A stretch of DNA of 64,000 nt. It comes from Synergistales bacterium. GTDB lineage: Bacteria; Synergistota; Synergistia; Synergistales; JAFGMB01. The stretch is taken from contig OY762654.1 of the NCBI GenBank assembly GCA_963666205.1, positions 1,888,001 through 1,952,000 on the forward strand, read 5' to 3'. This document shows, in pieces, positions 38,568 through 48,856 of this stretch (its first letter is position 1; each line of letters begins with the position of its first letter). Position numbers and translations under genes: made by a program. The notes under the pieces are model-generated. The model was given only the letters and a program-made list of their open reading frames with translations. It was not told the DNA's origin and made no database searches.

Positions 38568-39261
38568 TGTGGGTATCTCCCTTGTGGGTCTAGCCGGAGC
38601 TCTATGGTTGGGAATACTTGTTGCCGTAAGCCCATGCCCACTGGCTACTAATATTCTTGCCATTACCTACATAGGTCGAGGAACAGAAGTTCGGATCTGG
38701 AGTGTTTTAGCCAGAGGAGGCTACTACATACTTGGCAGGGCTCTGGCTTACCTGCTTCTCGGTTACGTTCTTGCGGCCGGGGCTATGTCTGTACCATCCC
38801 TTTCACGATTCCTGCAGAATGATTTCAACAGGATACTTGGTCCTGTGCTTATAATTGCAGGCTGCTCTATTCTTGGTTTATTCAAGCTGGATATACCCTT
38901 TCTGAGAGTTGGTGAAAATCTTGCTGGAAGGGTTTGCGGAAATGGAATTACGGGAAGTTTCCTCCTGGGAGTGATATTTGCCCTTTCTTTCTGTCCAGTA
39001 TCGGCAGCCCTGTTCTTTGGAAGCCTTGTCCCACTTGCCATAAAGAGCCATGCCAGTTTTCTGGCCCCCCTTGCTTTCAGCATAGGGACTTCTCTCCCGG
39101 TAGTGTTGTTTGCCATCCTTCTGGCCTTTGGAACTGCTTACGTCGGAAGTGTCTATAAACGTATAAAACAAGTGGAAATATGGTTTCGAAGACTGACAGG
39201 AGTCCTTTTTGTAGCCGTGGGATTTTATTTTGTATTTATTCATCTTTTCAATATCTTATAA
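38560..39261 (+). CDS. ArsG-family / CcdA-like membrane protein
   Basis: SPCPLATN, FALSFCPVSAALFF. Confidence 0.8.
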   Translation: MNDVGISLVGLAGALWLGILVAVSPCPLATNILAITYIGRGTEVRIWSVLARGGYYILGRALAYLLLGYVLAAGAMSVPSLSRFLQNDFNRILGPVLIIAGCSILGLFKLDIPFLRVGENLAGRVCGNGITGSFLLGVIFALSFCPVSAALFFGSLVPLAIKSHASFLAPLAFSIGTSLPVVLFAILLAFGTAYVGSVYKRIKQVEIWFRRLTGVLFVAVGFYFVFIHLFNIL

Positions 39262-39313
39262 AAGCATCTTGAACTTGTTGAGCAGGTAAAAAATTCTGGA
39301 GGTGCTATGTGTG

Positions 39314-40531
39314 ATGGCAGAAACTGCGGCAGTCAAAACCAGTCCGAAGGGGCTTGGTTTTTTTGAGAAATACCTTACTGTATGGGTTTTTCTGAGTATC
39401 CTGGCTGGCATAGGCCTTGGAAAGGTGGCTCCAGAATTAGCCGCCGGACTGGATGGCATGGCCATCTCGGTAAGCGGTGCACCTGTAGTATCCATACCTA
39501 TAGCCATATGTCTTTTCTTCATGATGTATCCCATCATGGTGAAGATAGATTTTGATGAGGTTGTACAGGCCGGCAAGAGTATAAAACCGGTAGGGCTGAC
39601 TCTTTTTATAAACTGGGCAATCAAACCCTTTACTATGTATGCCATATCTATATTTTTTCTTGGAACCCTTTTTCTCAGGTTTATAGGTCCTGAATCAATG
39701 GATCTTTTGAAGATGCCCTTTGGTCTGGATCTTGCTGTGGGAGAAACCTATGGAGTTGGCAGAGTAATCCTTGTAAACGGGATAAAGATGCTGGAAGTCC
39801 CTCTATGGAGGAGCTATCTTGCAGGGTGTATTCTTCTCGGGATAGCTCCATGTACGGCAATGGTCCTTGTCTGGGGTTTTCTGGCCAGGGGTAACGACGG
39901 ACATACTCTGGTAATGGTGGCAATAAATTCTCTAACCATGCTTGTCCTTTACGGAGTCCTTGGAGGTTTTCTTCTTGGAGTTGGAAGGATACCTGTACCG
40001 TGGGAGGCCCTTCTGTTATCCATTTCCATATATGTGGCCCTGCCTTTAGTGGCTGGTTATTTTTCCCGTAAATTCATATTCAGGACCTTTGGGAGAGAGT
40101 GGTTCGAGGAAAAATTTCTACATGTTCTTACGCCTGTGACAATAACCGCCCTTCTTATCACGCTGGTACTCCTTTTCTCCTTCAAGGGAGAGGTTATCTT
40201 AACTAAACCTCTTACCATTTTATGGATCGCTATTCCCCTCTTTATTCAGACAGTGCTGATATTCGCGTTAGGTTACTGGTTTGCCAGGATACTGGGCCTG
40301 AAATATGCCGATGCGGCTCCATCTGCCATGATCGGGGCTTCAAACCATTTTGAGGTTGCCATCGCTACTGCCACCATGCTCTTTGGTATTTCATCCGGAG
40401 CTGCACTTGCAACAGTGGTGGGAGTCCTGATAGAGGTTCCGGTAATGCTGATGCTTGTCAGGATCTGTCTCAATACTCAGCACTGGTTTCAGAAGGGTGG
40501 CTCCGGATCTGAGGTCAAAACAGCAGGATAA
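39314..40531 (+). CDS. acr3: ACR3 arsenite efflux transporter
   Basis: [50 protein letters not shown]. Confidence 0.93.
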   Translation: MAETAAVKTSPKGLGFFEKYLTVWVFLSILAGIGLGKVAPELAAGLDGMAISVSGAPVVSIPIAICLFFMMYPIMVKIDFDEVVQAGKSIKPVGLTLFINWAIKPFTMYAISIFFLGTLFLRFIGPESMDLLKMPFGLDLAVGETYGVGRVILVNGIKMLEVPLWRSYLAGCILLGIAPCTAMVLVWGFLARGNDGHTLVMVAINSLTMLVLYGVLGGFLLGVGRIPVPWEALLLSISIYVALPLVAGYFSRKFIFRTFGREWFEEKFLHVLTPVTITALLITLVLLFSFKGEVILTKPLTILWIAIPLFIQTVLIFALGYWFARILGLKYADAAPSAMIGASNHFEVAIATATMLFGISSGAALATVVGVLIEVPVMLMLVRICLNTQHWFQKGGSGSEVKTAG

Positions 40532-40549
40532 TCCAGGAGATTTCAGATG

Positions 40550-40588
40550 ACAGGGGCTCCTGTAGGTTATACTACTGGAGCCCCTGTT
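40550..40588. terminator. Hairpin between convergent genes
   Basis: acaggggctcc/ggagcccctgt. Confidence 0.65.
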
Positions 40589-40607
40589 TATACAGTAAAA
40601 ACGTGAC

Positions 40608-41420
40608 TTATGAGGTTATAAATTCCATCACTGCATAGGCGAGTTTTTTCGGGAACTGGTAAAGCATTCCGTGCCCTCCATTTTCTATTTTTACGATTGT
40701 GGCATCTGGAATCAGATCGAAAAGAATATCCGAATTTTCGGGCAGAACAATGGCATCTTCGGTACCTGTAAGGAGAAGGGTTCTCTTCTGAAGTTCCTTC
40801 AGCCTGGTGAATGTTCCAGTCCATGACAGTATGGCCTTTGCCTGTTCTCTTATGGTGTCCATGTACTCAACGTAAACTGTCATGGGTCTGGCGGTGAAGG
40901 CCTTTGCAAAGCCTGCTTCATCCCTTAGCCATGATGGTGGGAACATGAGATCCAGTGCCCTTTGTGTCATTTCTTCCGGAGATGCGGTAGTATCGAAAAG
41001 CCGTTTTGTTACTTCGGGGGAAGGCATTATAGCTTCAGAACCGCCACAGTTGCTTGCATAGAGGATAAGTTTCATGACCTTGTCCGGGAAATTCAGGGCC
41101 AGTTCCTGGGCTATGAAACTTCCCATGGACCAGCCCAGAACATGGGCGCTGTCTATGGAAAGGGCTTCCAGAAGCCCTGAGGAGTCCCTGGCAAACTGAT
41201 CTATGGAAAAAGGCGCAGAACCTTTTCCAGAACTTCCCATACCCCTGTTGTCGAAGGCTATGACTTTGAACCTGGAGGCCAGCAGGTCTATGAATGTCAT
41301 TCCCCAGTAGTCCATAAGGGCAGCAAAACCGGTTATCAGGAGTAGGGGTTCTCCCTCTCCCTGTATTGAATAGGAAATTTGGGTATCTCCTAAATTTACT
41401 TTGTTAAAAAAGTTAACCAT
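40608..41420 (-). CDS. Alpha/beta-fold hydrolase
   Basis: FDNRGMG, GWSMG, GTED, GHG. Confidence 0.9.
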   Translation of the reverse strand: MVNFFNKVNLGDTQISYSIQGEGEPLLLITGFAALMDYWGMTFIDLLASRFKVIAFDNRGMGSSGKGSAPFSIDQFARDSSGLLEALSIDSAHVLGWSMGSFIAQELALNFPDKVMKLILYASNCGGSEAIMPSPEVTKRLFDTTASPEEMTQRALDLMFPPSWLRDEAGFAKAFTARPMTVYVEYMDTIREQAKAILSWTGTFTRLKELQKRTLLLTGTEDAIVLPENSDILFDLIPDATIVKIENGGHGMLYQFPKKLAYAVMEFITS

Positions 41421-41424
41421 TTTT

Positions 41425-42996
41425 CTATTCAGCCCATATTTCCCCATCTTTAATTAAGACAGAAACATTCTTTTTCCATTCATCTCGCTGTGCGGGATAA
41501 TCTTCACGGAAATGAACTCCCCGGCTTTCTTCTCTTACCAGGGCCGCCTTTGCTATGGACATGGCAGAATCAAGAAGTCCCCTTATTTCAAGGGCAGAGA
41601 GCAGCTCCTGGTGGTCAGTTACCCGTATGGTCGAATAGTCCTTATCCAGTTCCTGCAGATCGGCTATGGTCCTCTCTATTGAAGCAGCTGTTCTGACTGG
41701 TCCCAGTCCTTCCTGTACAGTACTTTTGAGAGTTTGCCTTATCATTACAGGTGATTTACTGCCCCTGGTCCAGTTCGTAACCATTTCCCTGCTTTGTACG
41801 GGCTCGAAATCTACAGCTCTTTCAGTTACCCTTTCAGAGGCGCATCTTCCTGCTATTAGTCCGAAAGTGACAATGTTCGTAAGGGCATTTCCTCCGATGC
41901 GGCTTGCACCATCCACACCGCCCGTTACTTCTCCACATGCGTAAAGACCTTCTATTCCCGTAAAACAGGAGGTGTCTATCTGTATGCCTCCTGTCATATA
42001 ATGCTCGATGGGACTTACCCCTACAGGGCCGTACTTCCAGGGTTTAAGTTCTTCAGGATAAAAGTTGAGCATTTCAATCAGAGGTTCGGCTTCCCAGTAC
42101 TTTTCGGGGATCTGTTCAAGGTGGAGCATTGCCTTTCCACCTTTTTTCAGATGTCTTGCCAGGAATATGGATGCCTTGTCCCTGGCGTAGTAATTTGCCT
42201 CCATGCCATCTTTCAATCCCCAGGACTGGATCGCTTCCAGAAGAAACTCCCTGTTCTTTTCATCCAGAAGGGGAACCCTGTCTATCATTGCCAGGTCCAC
42301 CATCCAGTTGGTAAAACCAGGTTCATCCCAGCCCAGGGGATAGAACTGGACAAATTCCATGTCTCTCAGTGATGCTCCTGCCCGAAGGGCGAGAGAGTAG
42401 CCGTCTCCGGTTATCCTGCTTGGATTGTCTGTCCTTTCATAGATCTGTCCGGCTCCCCCGGTGGCAAGAATAACGGCAGATGCACCGAACCCGCACACCT
42501 TGCCGGTCTGCCAGTTGACACATTCAACACCGGAAACTTTTCCATCATCCAATCTCAATCCTGTAGCAACTGTATTTTCCACAAATCGTATTCCCAGGTC
42601 TCCGGCTATACGGTATAGTTCCTCCACCATGCCATAGCCTGCCATAAAGGGATTGGGAGCACTTGCCCTTGTGGAGGCATGACCGGAGTCCATCAGGCTC
42701 AGGGTAACTCCCCATGATTGAAGTTCTTCCATTGATTTACGGGCATTTTCGGAGAAGGTCTGGACCAGCTTCAGATCGTTTACATAACAGCCGATCTCCA
42801 TGGTTTTTGATGCATGCATTTCCGGGGGGACCTGTCCGCAGCCCAGGGTGAAAATACCTGCTGCATAGGCAGTGCAGGTTCCGGTTCCAAGGGGCGTTTT
42901 GCTTATAACAACCACTTCCGTGCCGGGTTTCCTTGCTGCTATCGCTGCCACCAGACCTGCTCCTCCTGAGCCAAGCACTATTATCCTTCTAGTCAT
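41425..42996 (-). CDS. FAD-dependent oxidoreductase, SdhA/FrdA/NadB flavoprotein family
   Basis: GSGGAG, LATGG, DMEFVQFYP, HYMTGG, GEVTGG, RIGGNAL, REESRGVH. Confidence 0.88.
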   Translation of the reverse strand: MTRRIIVLGSGGAGLVAAIAARKPGTEVVVISKTPLGTGTCTAYAAGIFTLGCGQVPPEMHASKTMEIGCYVNDLKLVQTFSENARKSMEELQSWGVTLSLMDSGHASTRASAPNPFMAGYGMVEELYRIAGDLGIRFVENTVATGLRLDDGKVSGVECVNWQTGKVCGFGASAVILATGGAGQIYERTDNPSRITGDGYSLALRAGASLRDMEFVQFYPLGWDEPGFTNWMVDLAMIDRVPLLDEKNREFLLEAIQSWGLKDGMEANYYARDKASIFLARHLKKGGKAMLHLEQIPEKYWEAEPLIEMLNFYPEELKPWKYGPVGVSPIEHYMTGGIQIDTSCFTGIEGLYACGEVTGGVDGASRIGGNALTNIVTFGLIAGRCASERVTERAVDFEPVQSREMVTNWTRGSKSPVMIRQTLKSTVQEGLGPVRTAASIERTIADLQELDKDYSTIRVTDHQELLSALEIRGLLDSAMSIAKAALVREESRGVHFREDYPAQRDEWKKNVSVLIKDGEIWAE

Positions 42997-44080
42997 ACTT
43001 TTCACTTCCTTTATTAGCAGGGTCATCTGATCCCGGAATATTATCTCTGAATTCTGCCAGAGATCTTCTGTAATTCCCGTCTCTACCTTTTACAGGTGAG
43101 GCGTATATCATGGAATTTATGATGGCCTCCTCCGTGGCTTCCGCTACAGCCCTGAAAAGGGAGTCTATCATTTCATCGTTGAACATTTTCATTGCCACGG
43201 TGGCTTTCTCATTATAATGATTGACCCGGTTGCCAGTGGTAAAAGCCACGGCTATTTCGCCGCTTCCGTTCTCGATGAACGAACCTGTCCTGCTTATCCC
43301 CACCGAGGCCCTCCTGCAGAGTCTTTTGAGCTGTCTTTCCGAAAGGGGAGCGTCTGTAGCTATTACTACGATTATTGACCCGGGATTATTGTCATCACAG
43401 GGTGGAGCAATTTTATAAATGGCCTCTCCGGTTTTTACTCCCTTTATAGTCAGGTCCTTCATTTGTCCGAAGTTGGAGAGAACAAGGGTTCCGACTGTGA
43501 AGGTTTCACCGGCAGTTTCTGTAATGCGGGATGAACTGCCGATCCCCCCCTTCAGCTTGTAGCAGGACATTCCTTTGCCAGCCCCTACATCTCCCTGTTT
43601 GAATTCTGCGGTTGCATTTTCTATCGCCTGAATGACATGTTCCGGTTTTACGTGTAATGCCCTTATGTCATTAAGAAAACCGTCATTGCATTCACAGATC
43701 ACAGGGTTTACTGTTCCGGTATCTCTTCCTATATCCTGGTTCTTTTCAAGCATGTACCAGACAAGACCCTGGTATGCGTCGCCTACGCTCAGGGTGTTTG
43801 TAAGTATAAGGGGAGTTTCTATAGTACCGAGTTCTTCCACCTGGATCAGGCCGGCTGACTTGCCGAAACCGTTGATCACATGGGATGCAGCCATAACCTT
43901 TTCCCTGAAAAGATTTCCCTGGTGGGGGAGTATGGCGGTAACCCCTGTCCTCGCTGTGCCTTCCGAGAGAGTTACATGCCCTACGGTCACTCCCTTTACA
44001 TCTGCTATGGAATTAAGATCCCCCTTGCGGAGAATACCTCCGTCGAGACTGAATTCCTTGAGATTTTCATGTTCTTTCAT
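42989..44080 (-). CDS. dmpA: DmpA / peptidase S58 (L-aminopeptidase/D-amidase)
   Basis: TGVTAILPH, NGFGKSAG, ECNDGFLNDI, GSIIVVIATDAP, NG/SGE autoprocessing site. Confidence 0.88.
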   Translation of the reverse strand: MKEHENLKEFSLDGGILRKGDLNSIADVKGVTVGHVTLSEGTARTGVTAILPHQGNLFREKVMAASHVINGFGKSAGLIQVEELGTIETPLILTNTLSVGDAYQGLVWYMLEKNQDIGRDTGTVNPVICECNDGFLNDIRALHVKPEHVIQAIENATAEFKQGDVGAGKGMSCYKLKGGIGSSSRITETAGETFTVGTLVLSNFGQMKDLTIKGVKTGEAIYKIAPPCDDNNPGSIIVVIATDAPLSERQLKRLCRRASVGISRTGSFIENGSGEIAVAFTTGNRVNHYNEKATVAMKMFNDEMIDSLFRAVAEATEEAIINSMIYASPVKGRDGNYRRSLAEFRDNIPGSDDPANKGSEKYD

Positions 44081-44223
44081 ACTCTCACCATCCCATTGTT
44101 ATCTATCTCAAGCTATTTCCGATTCATTAAACCATATTTGATCTTATTTGGGAAAAAGTGTTGCGGTTGAGCTTTTTCGAGTATTATTTAAAACAAAAAA
44201 CTGATCTGGAAAAGAGGCCTGTC

Positions 44224-45159
44224 ATGAGTATTCCTCGAAAAGCCCTTTATTTCTTCTGCGTAAAAGAACCCTGGCACTATGTGGGCAGGGATGTATTTGA
44301 AAGAACCATGGAATTATATGATCCCAGGGAAACCCATATTAAGGTTGACGGGTATCCAGTGATGGAATACCGGGATCATAATGGAAATATCTTCTATTTC
44401 ATGAGGCAGAATGCCCTGGTGAGCTATGAGTTTGACCGATTTCTGCCAATACTTAAAGAAAATTTTTCCGATGTGGAAGTCGCTGGCGAGGTCAACTGGC
44501 ACGGGGGGGAAAAGGCTCCGGACAGGGTGCTTACCGTCCATTCCATTGGCGACGTCGAAAAAGGTTATTTCAGCCCTGCTGTTCCTCTTTTTATGAGGAA
44601 TCTTCTTTACTCCATGGAGAAATATCGGGTTGAATCCGGACTGGATGATTTTACCGTTACCACCGAGGCAACCCATTGGACTGGTTCCATCAAGGGCGGA
44701 GATCCTGCCCTCATTACGCAGTATCCTGTTCCTCTGCTGGATATAGAGATAGGGAGTGTTCCCGAAACATGGGAAAAACCTGAAGCTGTAGACGTCCTTG
44801 CCCGTTCCCTGGTGGAAGTCTTTGACCGGAATGAAGAACTGGTCAATATTCTATGTGTAGGAGGCACCCACTTTGCGGATTGTTTTGCCGATGCGGCAAA
44901 GGACTTTGACTATCCCCTGGGCATAAGCCATATTCTTCCAAACCAGTGGCTGGTATCCGGTGGATATGAAACTGAAGAAGGTTTGAAAAAAATGAAAGAC
45001 TGTGTAGCAGCTATACCAGGTGGTATCAAAGCAGTTTTTTACCATGAAGGCATCAGGGGTCCCTACCGTCAGACCTGTCGTGATCTTGCCGAAGAGCTTG
45101 GAATACCTGTATATAAGCATAAAAAACTTCGGAAACCGGAGGACCTGGAGATACTGTAG
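44224..45159 (+). CDS. D-aminoacyl-tRNA deacylase, DTD2/DtdA (archaeal/plant) type
   Basis: LTVHSIG, EATHW, DIEIGS, GGTHFA, SHILP match the DTD2 signatures (xTxHxxG, EATHH, EIGS, GGxHY). Confidence 0.72.
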   Translation: MSIPRKALYFFCVKEPWHYVGRDVFERTMELYDPRETHIKVDGYPVMEYRDHNGNIFYFMRQNALVSYEFDRFLPILKENFSDVEVAGEVNWHGGEKAPDRVLTVHSIGDVEKGYFSPAVPLFMRNLLYSMEKYRVESGLDDFTVTTEATHWTGSIKGGDPALITQYPVPLLDIEIGSVPETWEKPEAVDVLARSLVEVFDRNEELVNILCVGGTHFADCFADAAKDFDYPLGISHILPNQWLVSGGYETEEGLKKMKDCVAAIPGGIKAVFYHEGIRGPYRQTCRDLAEELGIPVYKHKKLRKPEDLEIL

Positions 45160-45206
45160 AGAACTGGAGTTATGCACCTGTTCATTTTCAAAAGGAGGTT
45201 CCTGGA

Positions 45207-46145
45207 ATGGGAAAAGAACTGAAAGCATGCTGTATAGGTACCGGTACCATGGGTTCATCCATTTCTCTGACCCTTGCTATCGGCGGTATGGATGTTGTTA
45301 TGTTCGGGCGAACCAGACCCAGTCTTGAAAGGGGGTTACTCTCTATCGATTCTTTCTGCAGGAACCTGGTTGAGTCCGGATTATTTGGAGATTCCGAGAT
45401 GGAGAAGATCAGGGGGCGGATAGAACCTTCAACTGATCTGAAAGGTTCCCTGGAGGGTTGTTCCTTTGTGTCAGAGGCAGTGTCGGAGGACCTGGAATTG
45501 AAGCAGAAACTTTTTTCCACCGTGGAAAGTCTTGTTCCTTCTGAAGCTGTCCTTACGAGTACAACATCAGGACTGGATCCGGACCTGATATCCCTTGAAA
45601 TGTCCAGTAAAGAGCGGTTCCTGGTGGCACACTTCAGCAATCCCGCACATCTCATGCCCTTTGTCGAACTTGTACCCTGTGGATCAACTTCTTCCCGGGC
45701 CATGGACTTCACCGTTAAATTACTTGAAAAGACAGGGTTAAGACCAGTAAGTCTTTCGAGATATATACCCGGTTTTGTCTTCAATCGGCTCCAGTTTGCC
45801 CTTCTCAGGGAAGCCATGTACCTTGTTGATGAAGGAATAGTAACACCTGAAGCCGTGGATGAAGCAGTTACCCATGGTCTGGGCCGTCGCCTTGCTTTTA
45901 CGGGACCGCTCCGGAGTGCGGACATGGGAGGTCTGGATGTTTTCAACAAGATCGCATCCTACCTTATGCCAATGCTCTGCAGTTCCGGTGAGGTTTCAAA
46001 GGTGCTGAGCGATGCTGTTGCTCATGGCAATCTTGGCTGTAAAACAGGTAAGGGTATCTTTGCCTGGACTGAAGAAGAGATAGAGGTAACAAAAAAGCAA
46101 AGAGAGAAGATATTGATGTATTTTTTAAAAATGGGAGAATTTTAG
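45207..46145 (+). CDS. 3-hydroxyacyl-CoA dehydrogenase family
   Basis: GTGTMG, EAVSEDLELK, AHFSNPAH, PGFVFNRLQ, GP...DMGGLD. Confidence 0.9.
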   Translation: MGKELKACCIGTGTMGSSISLTLAIGGMDVVMFGRTRPSLERGLLSIDSFCRNLVESGLFGDSEMEKIRGRIEPSTDLKGSLEGCSFVSEAVSEDLELKQKLFSTVESLVPSEAVLTSTTSGLDPDLISLEMSSKERFLVAHFSNPAHLMPFVELVPCGSTSSRAMDFTVKLLEKTGLRPVSLSRYIPGFVFNRLQFALLREAMYLVDEGIVTPEAVDEAVTHGLGRRLAFTGPLRSADMGGLDVFNKIASYLMPMLCSSGEVSKVLSDAVAHGNLGCKTGKGIFAWTEEEIEVTKKQREKILMYFLKMGEF

Positions 46146-46488
46146 AAAAATACAGGTGATCTTCAGAAAATGAACTATCCTGATCAATGAGGATCAGCTT
46201 TTTTCAGAAAGTCGTACAAATACATGAATTTGTACGATGTCTCATTTAATTATCCCTGGCAATCATGTCTCAAAAGCCGTAAATAGAAGAAGCGGGGGAG
46301 TTGGAGAGACTCCCTCGCTTCGGAGGAAATAGTAAAGAAACTTTCAGGCCCATACATTCTTTTGATGTCACAATAGTCTAGGCCGATAACATCTTTCTGT
46401 CATCGTTTACACGGATAGAAAAAAGATGTTATAGTTTAATGCATATTTGTCTATGGTGAACAAAAAAGGATAGGGAAGAGGGATTCTT

Positions 46489-47688
46489 TTGCTCGAAAAA
46501 TATGCCCAGGAGATAGTGCAGGACATCGCCGAGATAATCGGATATGAAGTTGTGATGAGCGACAGAGAGGGCATTATCATCGGGAGCAGTGATCCTGACA
46601 GATTAGGAAAGCATCTTTTTGAGGCACCTGTAGTGATCCGGACCAGGAAGGTTTACCTGATAGATGAAGAAGAAGTTCGGAAATTCCCGAATGCAGTGGT
46701 CGGTGTTACATATCCCATTGAAGACATGACAGGAGAGGTTATAGGGAGTATTGCAATTACCGGAAAGCCTGAAGACGTAAATCCCTTTGCCCTGATCGTG
46801 AAAAAACATGCGGAACTCTTTATCAAGGAGAGGGTTTTCCTTGGTTCTCTTCTTGAGAAGGAAAGGACGTTACAGAACTTTATCCGTGAACTGGAAGCCT
46901 TTGATCCAAGGATTTCCGAAATCTCACTTCTTGAAAGGAAGGCCAGGTATTTCGGTTACAGGTCTGACCATCCCTACTGTGTGATCTGGGTAAGGATAAG
47001 AAACCTTCCTTCCATGATGGAAGATCTTGTAAAAAGGTCGGGGAAGGAAAAGATCAACAGAGATCTGGCCCTCCAGTCTCTGAAGAACCGGGTCAGCGTT
47101 GAGATCAGGAACGTATTCAGTGAACCCGGGGATATATCTGCTCCTTTCGCTGCCGATGACTTTGTGATTCTGCATGTCCTGAAGGAAGGGAATGGACAGA
47201 GGGAACGGCTTAAAGACCAATGCAGCGAAGTATTGAGAAAGCTTTCTGATGCAGGGTTCATGGGAGATATCGCAATAGGATCCATAGCCAATGCACTGGA
47301 AATGCTATCCAGATCCTTTGCAGATGCCGGAGAAGTGATGGAAAAGGGCAGATCATGCGATCCAGGGCAGAACATATTTTCCATGGATGATCTGCGGTTT
47401 GAGATACTGCTTTCATCTACGAGGCCTGACCAAAGGGAAACTTTCCTTTCCCTGAAACTCGACTGTCTTAAAGAACAGCGGGACTGGAGCGAGATAAAAG
47501 AAACCATTCTTGCCTGGTGCGATACCAGTTTCAGTATCAAAGAGGCGTCTGAAAGGCTTCATATCCACAGGAATACCCTCAAGTACAGGCTGGAAAAGAT
47601 CGAGAGTATATGTTCTCTTGACCTCAGGGATTTCAGATCCCTTCTGGAACTTTATACCGCCATCAGGATGGATTGTTTCAGATCATAA
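46489..47688 (+). CDS. CdaR/PucR-family transcriptional regulator
   Basis: Diacid-recognition N-terminus (AQEIV..IIGSSDPDRLG); LHIHRNTLKYRLEKI HTH. Confidence 0.9.
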   Translation: MLEKYAQEIVQDIAEIIGYEVVMSDREGIIIGSSDPDRLGKHLFEAPVVIRTRKVYLIDEEEVRKFPNAVVGVTYPIEDMTGEVIGSIAITGKPEDVNPFALIVKKHAELFIKERVFLGSLLEKERTLQNFIRELEAFDPRISEISLLERKARYFGYRSDHPYCVIWVRIRNLPSMMEDLVKRSGKEKINRDLALQSLKNRVSVEIRNVFSEPGDISAPFAADDFVILHVLKEGNGQRERLKDQCSEVLRKLSDAGFMGDIAIGSIANALEMLSRSFADAGEVMEKGRSCDPGQNIFSMDDLRFEILLSSTRPDQRETFLSLKLDCLKEQRDWSEIKETILAWCDTSFSIKEASERLHIHRNTLKYRLEKIESICSLDLRDFRSLLELYTAIRMDCFRS

Positions 47689-47701
47689 TACGGGGTTCCC
47701 T

Positions 47702-48613
47702 TCAATTTGTGACAGGGGAAGTTTCTCCAGTTACCTTCAGCGAAAGGATAACCAGGCCTGCAAAAATAAGAACAATACCAGTCAGGGCAGTTATTGTAAG
47801 TTCTTCTCCAAGAAGGAATATGCCCAGACATGAGGCCGTAAGGGGTTCGGCCAGGGTGAGGGTATATGCCGTAGATACAGGTATATCAGGAATGCCCGTC
47901 GCAAAAAAGACATAGGGCAGAGCTGTTGCTATAAGACTCAGATATAATACTGCCGAAGTTCCCCTCACTGTTGGAACCCATGAAAAATCACGGAAAAAAA
48001 TGACAGGTGCAATGATGACACTTCCAAGAAGAAGCATTATTGCTGCCTTCTCAACTGGAGATCTTGAGGGGGGCATCATTTTCATTGAAGAACCTGCAAC
48101 GGCCCAGGATATACCTGCACAGAGGGCCAGGAAAATTCCCGATATTTCGACTCGGAATGTTCCCGATGGCAATGACAGAAGACAGCATCCCCCAACAGCG
48201 AGGGTGGTAGCTATAAACCATGTTCGAGTAAGTCTTTCCCGAAATATCATTAGGCCTATGATACCTGCTACGATGGGAGCGCTTCCTATGGTTATCATGG
48301 TTCCCACGGCCACCCCGGTCTTAAGGAGGGCAGCAAAGAAAAAAAGCTGGTAGAAACCCATTCCCATGGCTGCCCCGAGGGTTGCCTTCCAGGGCCAGGG
48401 ACCTTTCAGTATTCTGAAACCCTTTCCGGGAAGATCCAGAAGAAGGAGAAACAGTCCGCCGAACAAGATCCGCAGAAAGCCCAGGGCAAGGGGGTCAGTT
48501 CCTGAAGGTGCAAAAAACTGGGCAGTTCCTGTTGTTCCCCATAGAACCGCTGCGGTTGAAATAAGCAGATATCCATTCCGGATATTCCTTTGAGGCGTTT
48601 CCATCTGATTCAT
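47702..48613 (-). CDS. DMT/EamA-family transporter
   Basis: LWGTTGTAQ, GVAVGT, LAEPLTA; about 10 TM segments. Confidence 0.9.
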   Translation of the reverse strand: MNQMETPQRNIRNGYLLISTAAVLWGTTGTAQFFAPSGTDPLALGFLRILFGGLFLLLLDLPGKGFRILKGPWPWKATLGAAMGMGFYQLFFFAALLKTGVAVGTMITIGSAPIVAGIIGLMIFRERLTRTWFIATTLAVGGCCLLSLPSGTFRVEISGIFLALCAGISWAVAGSSMKMMPPSRSPVEKAAIMLLLGSVIIAPVIFFRDFSWVPTVRGTSAVLYLSLIATALPYVFFATGIPDIPVSTAYTLTLAEPLTASCLGIFLLGEELTITALTGIVLIFAGLVILSLKVTGETSPVTN

Positions 48614-48772
48614 CCTTTTTATTATAGCTGTTATTCTGATTTATTGTGTGCGAATCTATTGTGCCTGGAAGCTATATTTAACCTTAAGGAGTGGCGGAGG
48701 AGGTATGGGACCCTCCTCCCGAAAGCAACGGAGCATAGATTTTGAATGTTGTTAAAGGGGCATACTGCAGTT

Positions 48773-48856
48773 TTACTTTTTCTTAGCGGCAATAGCAAAA
48801 CTTCCATAGATAAAAACTGCTAATCCTATGGTAGTTGTCCATTCAATCATAGACAT
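48773..48856 (-). CDS. Small single-TM peptide MSMIEWTTTIGLAVFIYGSFAIAAKKK (27 aa)
   Basis: AAAGGAG SD 9 nt before ATG; hydrophobic core with a KKK tail; too short for the ORF track. Confidence 0.6.
   Translation of the reverse strand: MSMIEWTTTIGLAVFIYGSFAIAAKKK

Noticed and set aside
48705..48755. 16-codon plus-strand ORF after GGAGGAGGT
   Set aside because: SD is too close and locked in a hairpin; the peptide has no features
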